The notes under the pieces: generated by a model
What the model saw: the letters and a program-made list of their open reading frames with translations, nothing else
Told to the model about the DNA's origin: nothing
Database searches by the model: none
Assembly: GCF_006345805.1 (NCBI RefSeq)
Contig: NC_043005.1
Span: 51,398,001-51,462,000, forward strand
Source of the DNA: Octopus sinensis
Taxonomy: Eukaryota
Direction: 5' to 3'
DNA: 64,000 nucleotides
Shown: positions 49,298 to 62,083 of the stretch, in pieces
Layout: each line of letters starts with the position of its first letter
How positions within the stretch are numbered: position 1 is the stretch's first letter
Program-made: the position numbers and the translations under genes

Positions 49298-49619
49298 GTC
49301 AATTGTTCTCCTTTCTATTTTATAACTCGCAATGTTCTAAACAAACCTTTTAATCTTGTATCTTATACTTTTTTCACTCATTGGATTGCGGCCAGTACTT
49401 AATTCTAAGCCTATGGGCCACCTTTTGCCGAACCGCTGATTTACGAGGACGTAAACAAACCAATACCGGTTATCCAGTGGTGGGAACGACAAACAATGAA
49501 ACAGACATAGATAGATAAATAGATAGGTAGGTACATATATACATACATTCTAGCATGACCACAGTCCATTGACTAAAATAGTAAACACACACATGCACAC
49601 ACACACACACACAACACAC

Positions 49620-49703
<84 letters not shown>

Positions 49704-49823
49704 TACGCATTTCGCCGGCGTGCTAACGTTTCTGCCAGCTCGCCGCCTTAGATAATTGAATATATATATATATGCACATCATACATACATTACTATACAT
49801 AATGCATATATATATATATATAT

Positions 49824-49862
<39 letters not shown>

Positions 49863-51846
49863 ATATTATATATATATATATATTATATATACGACAGGCT
49901 TCTTTCAGTTTCCGTCTATCAAATCTACTCTCACGGCTTTGATCGGGCCGAGGCTATAGTAGAAGATCCTTGCCCAAGGTACTACGCAATGGGATTGAAC
50001 TCAGAACCTTGTGTTTAGGAAGCAAACTTCTTACCACACAACCATTCTTCCTACTGTAAGATCCTGTTCTTCTTACAGCTCATCTGCTAAGCTTATTCTT
50101 CACAAGACTGCCATAATAAGGCGGCGAGCTGGCAGAAACGTTAGCACGCCGGGCGAAATGCGTAGCCGTAGTTCGTCTGCCTTTACGTTCTGAGTTCAAA
50201 TTCCGCCGAGGCTGACTTTGCCTTTCATCCCTTTCGGGGTCGATTAAATATGTACCAGTTACGCACCGGGATTGATATAATCGATTTAATCCGTTTGTCT
50301 GTCCTTGTTTGTCCCTTCGCAGAGTTAACTTCCCAGCTGTTGCTGGAACAGGAGCAACGTGAAATAAAGGATGAAAGGCAAAGTCGACCTCGGCGGAATT
50401 TGAACTCAGAACGTAGCGGCAGACGAAATACCTATTTCTTTACTACCCACAAGGGGCTAAACACAGAGGGGACAAACAAGGAAAGACAAACGTGTTAAGT
50501 CGATTACATCGACCCCAGTGCGTAACTGGTACTTAATTTATCGACCGCGAAAGGATGAAAGGCAAAGTCGACCTCGGCGGAATTTGAACTCAGACCGTAA
50601 CGGCAGACGAAATACGGCTACGCATTTCGCCCGGCGTGCTAACGTTTCTGCCAGCTCGCCGCCTTAGATAATTGAAATAATATGAAAGAGAATAGCATTA
50701 ACTTAGATAATTCATGTTGGTTTGCTTCTCAACCCACATGGTTTGGGGTTCAGTCCCATAGCGTGGCACCTGAGGCGGCCGCCGTAAGCCATGTAAGTAG
50801 ATTTGGTAGACGAGAATTAAAAGAAATCAGTTGAGTCGAACAAGTGTGACAGAGTAAGTTTATCAAAGCAGTATGATCTCAAGCTCAAATTCACAGCCAC
50901 CACATCTGACTGTGATTGGCGGAAAGAATATGTTGAGGTCCTTGTCCTGCAGTGGACTGAACATGGATTGTCCAATCTAATCCAATCTAATGAGTGTTTG
51001 TGTGTGTGTGGGGGTGAGTTTATCCCCAGCTACCGCTTGACAACCGGTTTTGGTTTGTTTACCATCCCGTAACATAGCAGTTCGGCAAAATAGCCCGATA
51101 GAATAAGTACTTTACGAAAAAAAATCCTGCAGTCGATTTGTTCAACTATTAGCCTTCAATGAGCGAAACAGGTAAAAAGAATGGAGCTAAAAGAAAGTTA
51201 GTGATTTATTTATTTGATGACGTACGCAAAACTTTTCTAAGTTGAAATTTACCTCTTCGTTGGCGAATCGACCCGCCAACAAAAACTTGATAATTATTGG
51301 TCGAGACTGTCAGAGAAGAAAGAAATTTTCAAAAACAAAGATTAAGGATATATTTCACAAAAAAAAAAAAAAATTCTGCGTGGCTGTGTGGTAAGAAGTT
51401 TGCTTCCCAAACTCATGGTTCTGGATTTAATCCCACTGTATGGCACCTTGGGCAAGTATTTTCTACTATAACCGGAGCCTAACCAAAGCTCTTGTGAGTG
51501 GATTTGATAGACGAAAACTGAAAGAAGCCTGTCATATACATATATATATATATGCCCTTACCTGCCCTTACCTTCGAAACACGCATTGAGTCGAAACAGG
51601 GGCAGCTGATGAAGGGGAATATTCCTTGTATTGTTTGTCTTGTACTCTGTTTTTTCGTTGTTAAAAAAGTCCGTTTCCTTGTTTGATTTTATGTTTTCGT
51701 TTCTCGTTGTGTTCTACGTTTATTTGTGGTGTCCTGTACTCATATATGCATGTATATACACATATAGATGTAGGTTTGTACATATATGTATGTATGTATG
51801 CATATGTTTTATTTATCAAATTGTTATTTTATATGTATATATATAC

Positions 51847-51895
<49 letters not shown>

Positions 51896-52141
51896 CCCAC
51901 CCCCCACGCTTGAAAACCGGTGCTGACGTAACTGCAGTTCGGTAAAGGAGATACTATAAGAACCGGACATTATAAAACAAATAAACAAAAATGTGTACTG
52001 GGCTGAATTTGTTTCAACTAAACTCTTCAATGTGGTGTACCACAGCATGACCACAGTCCAGTGGCTGAAACAAGAAAAAGACAAATGACCAGGATAAATC
52101 CCCAAATGGTTAATTTTAATTCATAGAGATTTATTTTATTT

Positions 52142-52172
<31 letters not shown>

Positions 52173-52518
52173 TTTTGTACGTCATTCAAAACATCCGTCA
52201 TCACTTATCCGCAATTAAAGCCCATGCTATTGGTCTGCTTAGGCTATCTTACTCAAGTTACATGTGCACGAGCATTGTCTCTCAGTGTGCTTACGTGTGC
52301 TTCTGACTGTGGGTGGGGCTGTGTGTATATATGCAGTGGTGGTGGTGGCGGTGATGGTGGGGGGGGGGCTTTGTGTACGAGTGTGTGTGTATGTACGTGT
52401 GTAGATCTGTGTGTGTGTGTGTGTGTACCTCTATGTGTCTATACCAGTATGTATGTGTTTATGTGTGTCTGTGTGTGGGCGTCTCTGTGTCTGAGTCTGT
52501 ATCTGTGTGCGTGTAGGC

Positions 52519-52550
<32 letters not shown>

Positions 52551-53046
52551 CTGAGTCTGTGTGTGTAGGCATATATATATATGTGTGTGTGCGTGTGTGT
52601 GTATGCCTGTGTGTTTGTGTGTGTATGAAACAAAATCAAAAGCAACATGAGAAAAGAATTTTAAAAAATGAATACAGGATTTAAAAATACACAAAACTGA
52701 AAGAAAAAAATAACGAAGGAGACTAAATATGTAAAGATATTGTAGAGTAATAATAATCCTTTCTACTGAAGGTACAAGGCCTGGAATTTTGGAGGAAGGG
52801 ACCAGTCGATTATATCGATACCAGTGCTTCACTGGTACTTAATTTATCGATTCCGAAAGGATGAAAGGCAAAGTCGACTTTTGTGGGATTTGAACACAGA
52901 ATGTAAAAAAACTGACGAAATGCCAAGAAGCTTTTGTGCCCGACGTGCTAACAATTGTGCCAGCTCGCCTCAGTGGTAATAATGATAATAATTATAATAG
53001 CGGTTTTAAATTTTGGCACCAAGCCAGAAATTTAGGGAGAGGGTGC

Positions 53047-53681
53047 GGAAAGACTTGCCCCCCCCCCTCCGCAGTTTTCTCCCACATTTGTTTACTTTTG
53101 TAATTTCTTTTTTTTTTTTTTCAAAAAATCACCGTTTTCGGATACGGAGGTTCCGGAAAATTGCCAAAAATCGGCATTGTGAAATTTTTCTGCCCCCTTC
53201 GCCCCCAACTTTTTTAATTTTGACTTTTTTTTTCCCAACACTAACCCTAAAACCTTAACCCTAACCCCAAAACCCTAACCTTAAAACCCTAACCCTAAAA
53301 CCCTAACCCTAAAACCCTAACCCTAACCCTAAAACCGTAACCGTAAGTACAGAAATGTTTTGAAATTTTTGTCCGAATCATGTCTGTATTTTTCCACATA
53401 TTTAGAAAAAAAAAATAATTTTTTTAAATTTACAAAGATTTTTGGAATTTTTTTCTTTTTCAGAATTATAATCCCCGTATTTTTCCACATATTTTGAAAA
53501 AAATAAATGGTGAAAAAAGTCTAAAATGGAGGAAATGGGGTGGGAATGGTAATTTAGAAATGTCGATTTTTGCCAATCTTTTTGCAGATTCGTATTCCCC
53601 GTAGCCGAAAAGGGGTGGTTTGTGTCGAAAAAAAAATTTTTTAAGGGTGGTTCTTTTGCGGGGAAGGACGGAAGTCTTGCC
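53047..53681. mobile_element. 635-bp GG-terminal TIR element with an 8-bp TSD (GAGGGTGC) and an internal CCCTAA-like array
   Basis: Termini GGAAAGACTTGCCCC...CCGCA / TGCGGGG...AAGTCTTGCC. TSD at 53039-53046 and 53682-53689. It splits a family A-type SINE fragment. Array at ~53240-53345. Confidence 0.85.
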
Positions 53682-54159
53682 GAGGGTGCTAGTCGATTAC
53701 ATCAACCCAGTGTTCAACTGGTACTTAATTTATCGATATCCGAAAGGATGAAAGGCAAACTCGACCTCTGCGGAATTTGAACTCAGAACATTAAGACTGA
53801 CGAAATACCGCTAAGCGTTTTGGCCGATGTGCCAACAATTCTGTTGGAGACTAGTCGATTACATCGACCCGTGTTTCACAGTTACTTATTTAATCGACCC
53901 CGAAAGGATGAAAGACAAAGTCGACCTCGGCGGAATTTGAACTCAGAACGTAGCGGCGGACGAAATATCGCTAAGCATTTCGCTAATAATAATAATCTTT
54001 CTGGGCGTGGCTGTGTGGTCAGAAGGTTGCTTCCTAACCACATAGTTCCAGGTTCAATCCCACTGCGTGACATCTTGGGCAAGTATCTTCTATAACCTCG
54101 GGCCGACCAAAGCTTTGTAAATGGATTTGGTAAACGGAAACTGAAAGAAACCTGCGGTA

Positions 54160-54280
<121 letters not shown>

Positions 54281-55492
54281 TAAATAGACATATATTCGCG
54301 TGTGTGTGTATTTGTGTGTGTTTGTCCCCTCATCAACCGCTTGCCAACCGGTGTTGGTGTGTTTGTGTCCCTGTTGATTTAGCGGTTCGGCAATAAGAGG
54401 TCAACGGAATAAGTACTCGGCTTTAAAAAACAAGTTTTGGGCCGATTTGTTCGGCTAAAACCTTCCAAGACAGTGCTCCAGCATGGGCGCAATCAAATGA
54501 CTGAAACAAATAAAAGATAGATAAAGATAAAGGTACATGGCCTGAAATTCGGGGGGTTAGGAGAGGGGCTAGTCGATTTTTCACCGATCTAGGGAAGATA
54601 AAAGGCAAAGTCGACTTCGGCGGAATTTGAACTCAGAACGTAAAGACGGACAAAAATGCTTTGCGCCAATTCGTCTAAAGAGTCAGCAAGCTCGGCGTAT
54701 ACTCTTTTACTTGTTTCAATCATGTGACTGTGGCCATGCTGGAGCACCGCCTTTAGTCGAGCAAATCGACCACAAGGACTTATTCTTTGTAAGCCTATTA
54801 CTTATTCTATCGGTGTCTTTTGGCGAACCGCTAAGTTACGGAGACGTGAACACACTAGCATCGGTTGTCAACAATACAAACATATACACACATACATATA
54901 TACATATATTCATATATACGACGGGCTTCTCTCAGTTTCCGTCTACCAAATCCACTCACAAGGAAGGCTTTGGCGGGGCCGAGTCTATAGTAGAAGATAC
55001 TTGCCCAAGGTGCCACGCAGTGGAACTGAACCCGGAACCGCGTGGTTCGTAAGCAAGCTACTTACCACACAGCCGCTCCTACGTGTATAATAATAATAAA
55101 AATCCTTTTTCTGTTACAGGCACAACACCTGAAATTTTGTGGAGGGGGGCTAGTCGCTTACATCAATCACAGTACCTGATGACTGGTACCTATTTTATAG
55201 ATTCCCGGAAAGGAAAAAAGGCAATGTTTACTCTCAATAATAACTAGTTCTGGTTACTCTTACTCTCTTTTACTCTTTTACTGGTTTCAGTCATTTGACT
55301 GCGGCCATGCTGGAGCACGGCCTTTAGTCGAGCAAATCGACCCCGGGACTTATTCTTTGTAAGCCCAGTACTTATTCTTTGTAAGCCCAGTACTTATTCT
55401 ATCGGGCTCTTTTGCCGAACCGCTAAGTGACGGGGACGTAAACACATCAGCATCGGTTGTCAAGCAATGCTAGGGGGACAAACACAGACAGG

Positions 55493-55550
<58 letters not shown>

Positions 55551-55662
55551 TACGACAGGCTTCTTTCAGTTTCCGTCTACCAAATCCACTCACAAGGCAT
55601 TGGTCGGCCCGGGGCTATAGCAGAAGACACTTGCCCAAGATGCCACGCAGTGGGACAAGCTA

Positions 55663-55986
55663 AAGACTCCGCCGGTTACGACGACGAGGGTCCCAGCTGA
55701 TACGATCAACGGAACAGCTTGCTCGTGAAATTAACGTGCAAATGGCTGAGCATTCCACAGACACGTGTACCCTTAACGTAGTTCTCGGGGATAATCAGCG
55801 TGACACAGAGAGTGACAAGGCTGACACTTTGAAATACAAGTACAACTCATTTTTGCCAGCTGAGTGGACTGGAGCAACGTGAAATAAAGTGTCTTGCTCA
55901 AGGACACAATGCGTCGCCGGGAATCGAACTCACAACCTTACGATCATGAGCCGAATGCCCTAACCACTAAGCCACGCGCCCTCACT
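55663..55986 (-). mobile_element. SINE family D inserted into a SINE family B copy, with a 14-bp TSD
   Basis: AGTGGGACAAGCTA occurs at 55649-55662 and 55987-56000. Confidence 0.9.
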
Positions 55987-56477
55987 AGTGGGACAAGCTA
56001 CTTACCACACAGCCACTCCTGCGCCTAGTTTGTTTTTTTTTTTCAATATTAAATTCAACGACAGATGTTATTTGATTGGCAGGTTCACCATAACGATGAC
56101 GACATCACTGTCTCTCTTACTTTTGTCTGACTGCTGCTTTTTATCAGCTCTTCTCCGTCACTCAAGCTATTTCCGTTAAGTCTACTCATATATATTTCTC
56201 TCTAACCTCACTGTCTCTTTGTTGTTGTTGTTGTTATTTTTGCCTTCTAACTAAACGGCTTCTCTCATATTTTATCCTCCTCCCCCTCCGACCCCTCTCT
56301 CTTACTCTCTCCCTCCCACTTTCTCTTTCTCTTAATCTACCGTTTCTGATCATTTATGTGTTTTTTTAGCTTGTCTCTTTGCGCTTCTATATTATCTTTC
56401 TCTGTGTGTAAATCCGACTTCCGATTGTTGCTATCTTTCACTCTATCTTTTGCTCTCCTTCCCGTACCCTTCTATAA

Positions 56478-56598
<121 letters not shown>

Positions 56599-56802
56599 GT
56601 CTATCTATCTACTTTGAAAAAAAATTTTTTTCTTTCTGTGATACACGATCCCTTCTGATCGCTTTTTTTCCCGATCCCTTTTGATCGAAATTTTACGTTT
56701 GTTTCCTTTTTTTTCTTTTTCCTTTTCCATCTTCGAAAAGAAAAGCTCTACATTTGTAATTGTGCCCTCTGCGTCCAGCCCTGTGTGGCCAATAAAGAAA
56801 GT

Positions 56803-56871
<69 letters not shown>

Positions 56872-56939
56872 GTCTATCTATGTGTCTGTCTGACTGTCGG
56901 TTGTCTACGTATGTATGCATGAATATATGTGTGTGTGTA

Positions 56940-57348
56940 CTCTTACTCTTTTACTTGTTTCAGTAATTTGACTGCGGCCATGCTGGAGCACCGCCTTTAG
57001 TCGAGCAAATCGACCCCAGGACTTATTCATTGTAAGCCTAGTACTTATTCTCTCGGGCTCCTTTTACCTAACCGCAAAGTTACAGGGACGTAAACACATC
57101 AGCATCGGTTGTCAAGCGATGTTGGGGGGACAAACACAGACACGCAAACATATACACACACATACATATATATATACATATATACGACGGGCTTCTTTCA
57201 GTTTCCGTCTACCAAATCCACTCACAAGGCTTTGGTCGGCCCGAGGCTATAGTAGAAGGCACTTGTCCCAAGGTGCCACGCAGTGGGACTGAAACCGGAA
57301 CCATGTGGTTCGTAAGCAAGCAACCAACCACACAGCCACTCCTACGCC
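56940..57348 (-). mobile_element. SINE family B copy
   Basis: Full architecture on the minus strand. Confidence 0.85.
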
Positions 57349-57357
57349 TGTGTGTGT

Positions 57358-57512
57358 ATTATTCTTAAACAAGAATATTATTGACAATCACTTCGAAGTT
57401 TTGGCCCGTTCGTTAGGCCATCGTCGGACTGTTAAGCCATCGCAGTCTGACGATGGCTTAGCTGGCTGAAACTTCGAAGTCACCGTCAACCATATTCTTG
57501 TTTAAGAACAAT
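57358..57512. ncRNA. Palindrome made of two inverted hammerhead motifs
   Basis: Plus strand 57443-57485: CAGT-CTGACGA-T-GGC-TTAGCTG-GCT-GAAACTTCGAAGTC-ACCG (GUC triplet). Minus strand 57385-57431 is a mutated mirror copy. Confidence 0.8.
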
Positions 57513-57542
57513 GTTTTATTTGTACTCTAGAAAAGTGTAGAG

Positions 57543-57707
57543 CAGTAGCGCTCGACCTGTGGTCCGCGGACCCCTGGTGGTCAGCAAAGGTAGTATTGAG
57601 GGTCCGTGAACATGTTAAACTGACAGACCTTTCAATATCCTGGGGTCTGTGGGAAAACTCATTTAAATAAAAAGGGTCTTTGGTAGCGAAAAAGTTGGGA
57701 ACCACTG
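57543..57707. mobile_element. 165-bp hAT (Charlie/MER5-like) MITE with an 8-bp TSD (GTGTAGAG)
   Basis: Termini CAGTAGCGCTCGAC / GTTGGGAACCACTG. TSD at 57535-57542 and 57708-57715. Confidence 0.85.
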
Positions 57708-57818
57708 GTGTAGAGTAACCCATAAGAATAATGTAAAATTGAAGCTGAACATGTGTGTATGTGTGTGTGTGTGTGCGTGTGTGTATGTACGTATGCGCAT
57801 ACACACATGCACGCACAC

Positions 57819-57849
<31 letters not shown>

Positions 57850-59019
57850 TGTATGTATGTGTGAATAGTACAAAATAGGGATTCAGAGAATCACAGTAAG
57901 CTCCTCATTCGGAATCGGCTATCAGTCCACGTGATAATCAATTATAATGTATTGTAATACATAATACTTTATATCCGTCTGTGTAACAGCAAATCCTGAA
58001 AATCTTGAGTAATACATTTTTCAGTAAGAAGAAAATATAGCATAAGGTCAAGAATTGTGAGAGGTAAAGATTGATTTATTTACTCATTTGACTTCCTTAT
58101 ATTCACCTCTCACACCTCCTGAATATATGTACCCCCTCACTGAAAAATTTATCGTTCAGATTTTCCGGCACACGGACACATTTCAATACGTTTTATGTAG
58201 ATATACATACCTTACATACATTACAAATATACATACATACATACATGCATACATACAAATGAATTCTCCCTATATATAGAGTTCATTCAATCTCAACCAT
58301 TTTCCAGGCTTATTGTTTGTTGGTTTATTTTCTTTGTTTTTTTTTTTTTTTGGTTTTGGTGGTGGGGCGGTTCCTTCTGGGAAACCCATCCTACTGTAAA
58401 ATATGGTTTTCAAACTTTGCCTTTAAATTTTGCATTTGTATGCACGTAATGTCATTTAAAAATTCCATTTTATGTAAACAAAATTCTTAATCTAGATTTT
58501 TGAATCTGATAAAAATTTCCTTCCAACTTAATGTTTCATATACATAGATAGATAATCAGACGTAAATACATACATACATACATACATACATACATACACA
58601 CACACATATATACACAATAATATATATATATATATGTATGTATGTTTTGCGTGTGTGTGTGTGTACATATAAGTATGTGTGTGCTATCTTTTATATCATT
58701 TTCATCTGATGATATTTATTTAATTTCTTTAAAGTTGCAAGTCTCATTAAAAATGCTTCTTTTAAAATCTGATCTGTTTATTAATTGACTTATGTGCACG
58801 TTTTTTTATTTATTTATTTATTTATTTATTTATTTCTTAAGGGAGTTGACTTGCAGAATCGTAAGGGTATTTGGCGAAAATAACTTTCAGTATTTAGCTA
58901 TTACACTTAATATACATTTTGATTTCATATCCCGATGTAGTCGACTTTGCTTTTTATTCTTCTGGGGTTATTTGAGAGTGAGTTCTACCTAGTTATTTAT
59001 ACTTTAGTGTGCAATATAA

Positions 59020-59365
59020 ACCTAACCATAACTCCTTAACCCTAACTCTAAACCCTAAACATAACCCTAACTCTTACCCTACACCCTAACCTAAACCCTA
59101 AACCCGGACTCTAAACCTTAAACCTTAAACCTTAATCTAAACCCTAATCCTAGCTCTAAACCCTAACCCTAACCTTAACTCTTACCCTACACCCTAACCT
59201 TAACCCTAAACCCTGACTCTAAACCTTAAACCATAAATCTAAACCCTAATCCTAGCTCTAAACCCTAACCCTAGCCCTAAATCCTAATCCTAAACTCTAA
59301 CACGAAACCCTAATTCTAACACATAACCCTAATTCTGATCCTAAACCGTAACCCTTATCCTAACC
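59020..59365. repeat. Degenerate interstitial telomere-like (CCCTAA)n array with a ~108-bp higher-order duplication
   Basis: Units TAACTCTTACCCTACACCCTAACC... start at 59068 and 59176. Confidence 0.85.
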
Positions 59366-59486
59366 CAGGTCAGATCATTTCGCAGTGTAGTCTACGGATA
59401 CTGCAGTAGATCGTACAATAAAGTAGCATCCATTCTTCTCCGGCTGATTTAAATCAATTCAAGTCGAATATTGGGAGTTTTTGATA

Positions 59487-60176
59487 TAGTTAGTTAGTTA
59501 GTTAGTTAATTTGGCTCAAAAGCAAATAGCAAGGCCATGTAGGGGGACATGGAGTTAAGTACAGGGTGGTGTTCATGTAAAGAGTTCAGGCCACTTGAGG
59601 TCCAGGGAGGCTTTGAACAAAGCGGTCGTCGGCATCTTCACCATCTCGTCTGGCAGCTTGTTCCACGGATCCGCAACCCGGACGGAGAAAGCTCCTCTCC
59701 TTCGATTAAGATTAAATCGTCGCAGGTAGAGCTTTTCGGAATGACCCCGCAGCCGACGCTCTGGAGCAGGAGTGAAGAACAGCTCTTTCGAGAGGTTACA
59801 CTTTCCGCTTATGATGTTGTGGGCGAGAATGAGATCACCACGGCGGCGGCGTTTTTCAAGAGAATAAAGGTCGAGCGTCCTCAGCCTTTCTTCGTAGGAC
59901 AAATTTTTGAGACCATGAACCATGCGGGTAGCCAGCTTCTGGACTCTTTCGAGATGCTGTATGTCTTTGAGGAGATAAGGAGAAGAGGCTTGAATCCCAT
60001 ACTCCAATATGGGTCTCACCAGCGTGACATAGAGTGGTAGGAATATGGCTGCCGTGAGCATTCCGAATGACCGTCGAATCAAGAACAGAATTCCGCGTGC
60101 TTTGTTGGCAGCATGGACGCACTGGGCCGAAGGCGAAAAGGAGAAATCCACCAAGATACCCAGGTCCTTTACCTGA
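59487..60176 (-). mobile_element. 5'-truncated CR1-clade LINE 3' end
   Basis: The open frame 59573-60154 is nearly identical to the C-terminus of the 33126 copy, with the same 3' UTR and (TAAC)n tail. Confidence 0.9.
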
Positions 60177-60798
60177 ACATAGGAACAACATCAATTTTCC
60201 GGAACATTAAGAATCTAAACCCTCCGGATTATTGCTTTTTTCCAACCAGGGGTGAACACACACTGAATTAAACAAATATTAAATTTACTTGAATAATTAA
60301 ATGAAATACGGGTACCTGTGTATTAATGTAAATTATTCAAGTTTATTAATACTGTCTTGCACAAGGTGCTAGTTTATGAAAGCTATCAGTAAACTAGTCC
60401 GGCAGCCACAGGAATTCGCAATTCCGATATGTAAATTATGAGACGTTCCGGACGATCTATATCCGGAAAGTCGGTACCACACTTGCATTAACGATTGCAC
60501 ATTGGTTGACCCAGTGACACTCGTCCAAGATGCTGCATTGCATTGTGGGACTGAACCCGAAATCACGTGGTTACAAAGCGAACTTCTTAACCACACAGAC
60601 ATGCCTGTGCTTTACTCTTTTACTTGTTTCAGTCATTTGACTGCGGCCATGCTGGTGCACCGCCTTTAGTCGAGCAAATCTACCCCAGGACTTATTCTTT
60701 GTGAGCCTAGTACTTATTCTATCGGACTCTTTTGCCGAACCGCTAAGTTGTCAAGCGAGATCGGGGGGGGGGGCACAGACACACCAACACCCACATAT

Positions 60799-60831
<33 letters not shown>

Positions 60832-61723
60832 CGACGGGATTCTTTCAGTTTCCGTCTACCAAATCCACTCACAAGGCTTTGGTCGGACCAAGGTTATAGT
60901 AGAAGACACTTGCCCAAGGTGCCACGCAGTGGGACTGAACCCGGAGTGCTTCTGTAATTTTTATTTTTATTTTTTTACAGAAATTATTGAAGAAAGTGAG
61001 GACTTATGCAAGGGAATTATATTGGACCGTAATGCATCCTCGGTCATCTTTGTGGTCACTCATAGCACACTACCCTGTAGTTCCTATGATTATTTCCAAC
61101 GTGTTTAAGATATAAATATTATAGCTAACATGCAGTTTACGGCTGTAAAAAAAATGAAGGCAAAGAGTCTTAAAGAAGTTAAATTAAATTTCGATAGAAA
61201 ACAGAAGTGATGAAAGTGATAGCCCAAAATTTCATTAAAAGAACATAAAAAAAACTCCCTCGTTTATGTCCATAAGCACCTCTACATGTGCAGTGCCTTC
61301 TAGTGATATGTTAAGTCTTTTCAGAATCAGCAGCAGAGGTACAACGATCCAATGTACGATACCCGGCAATGAGCACCACTGAAAAATGTTACTGTTTTTC
61401 ATCTTATAAAAATAAACGTACGGTTTTCAGGTTATTTGAAATATACGTTGCATATATAATGTCACATACATTGATTAGATGAAATTATGGGATGTCACTG
61501 TCGTCACTTCCGGTTTTTATCGCAATTTGCAGGACAATATATTTCCATGTTTTATTTACGACCGTAAATTGCGTGTTATCCAGTGTTTTATATCTAAGAC
61601 AAATTATGACCCCTTTAAATACGTAGCATCCCATGACATAGGCCACCCCTCTTACCTGTATGTGCACGATGCCCCCGGTAGAGTTATTAGAGTATCAGGT
61701 AGAATACTTTTGGTTAATATGTA

Positions 61724-62083
61724 CAGGGTGGTCCGAAAGTCTTGTCACCATTTGTAAATACTGTTTTATTTTCTTGTTATCAATGAGAGAGAGAGTTTCA
61801 CAAGAGTGATACCAGAATACCTAACAGTTGAAGGAAGCTATTTCAACAGCCTTTGCAACAATCACCAAAGTACAGCTTCGTAAAATATCACAAGGTATAG
61901 TGCGTCGCATCATTTTGTGCCACGAAAATGGTGTTCATACAGACCTTCTCGATGTGTGACAGTGTCAGTGTCAACGAAAGTGAATATACAAAAATCAGTA
62001 CATGTGTTTGATATTATTATATTGTTCCTCTGTTGTTCTTATTACTTTTCGGTAGTAGATAGCAAGACTTTAGGACCACCCCA
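61724..62083 (+). mobile_element. 360-bp internally deleted Tc1/mariner-superfamily element
   Basis: TA|CAGGGTGGTCCGAAAGTCTTG...CAAGACTTTAGGACCACCCCA|TA. It carries a transposase C-terminal remnant QLKEAISTAFATITKVQLRKIS...RRIILCHENGVHTD. Confidence 0.8.

Noticed and set aside
57977-58030. Possible 33-nt microexon (AG|CAAATC...TTTTCA|GTAAG)
   Set aside because: Weak polypyrimidine tract; such pairs arise by chance and there is no independent support.
60978-61520. Acceptor-like sites at ~60980 and ~61324 and an ETS motif (CACTTCCGG) near 61505
   Set aside because: The peptides are unrecognisable and end in stops without donors, and a single motif is insufficient.
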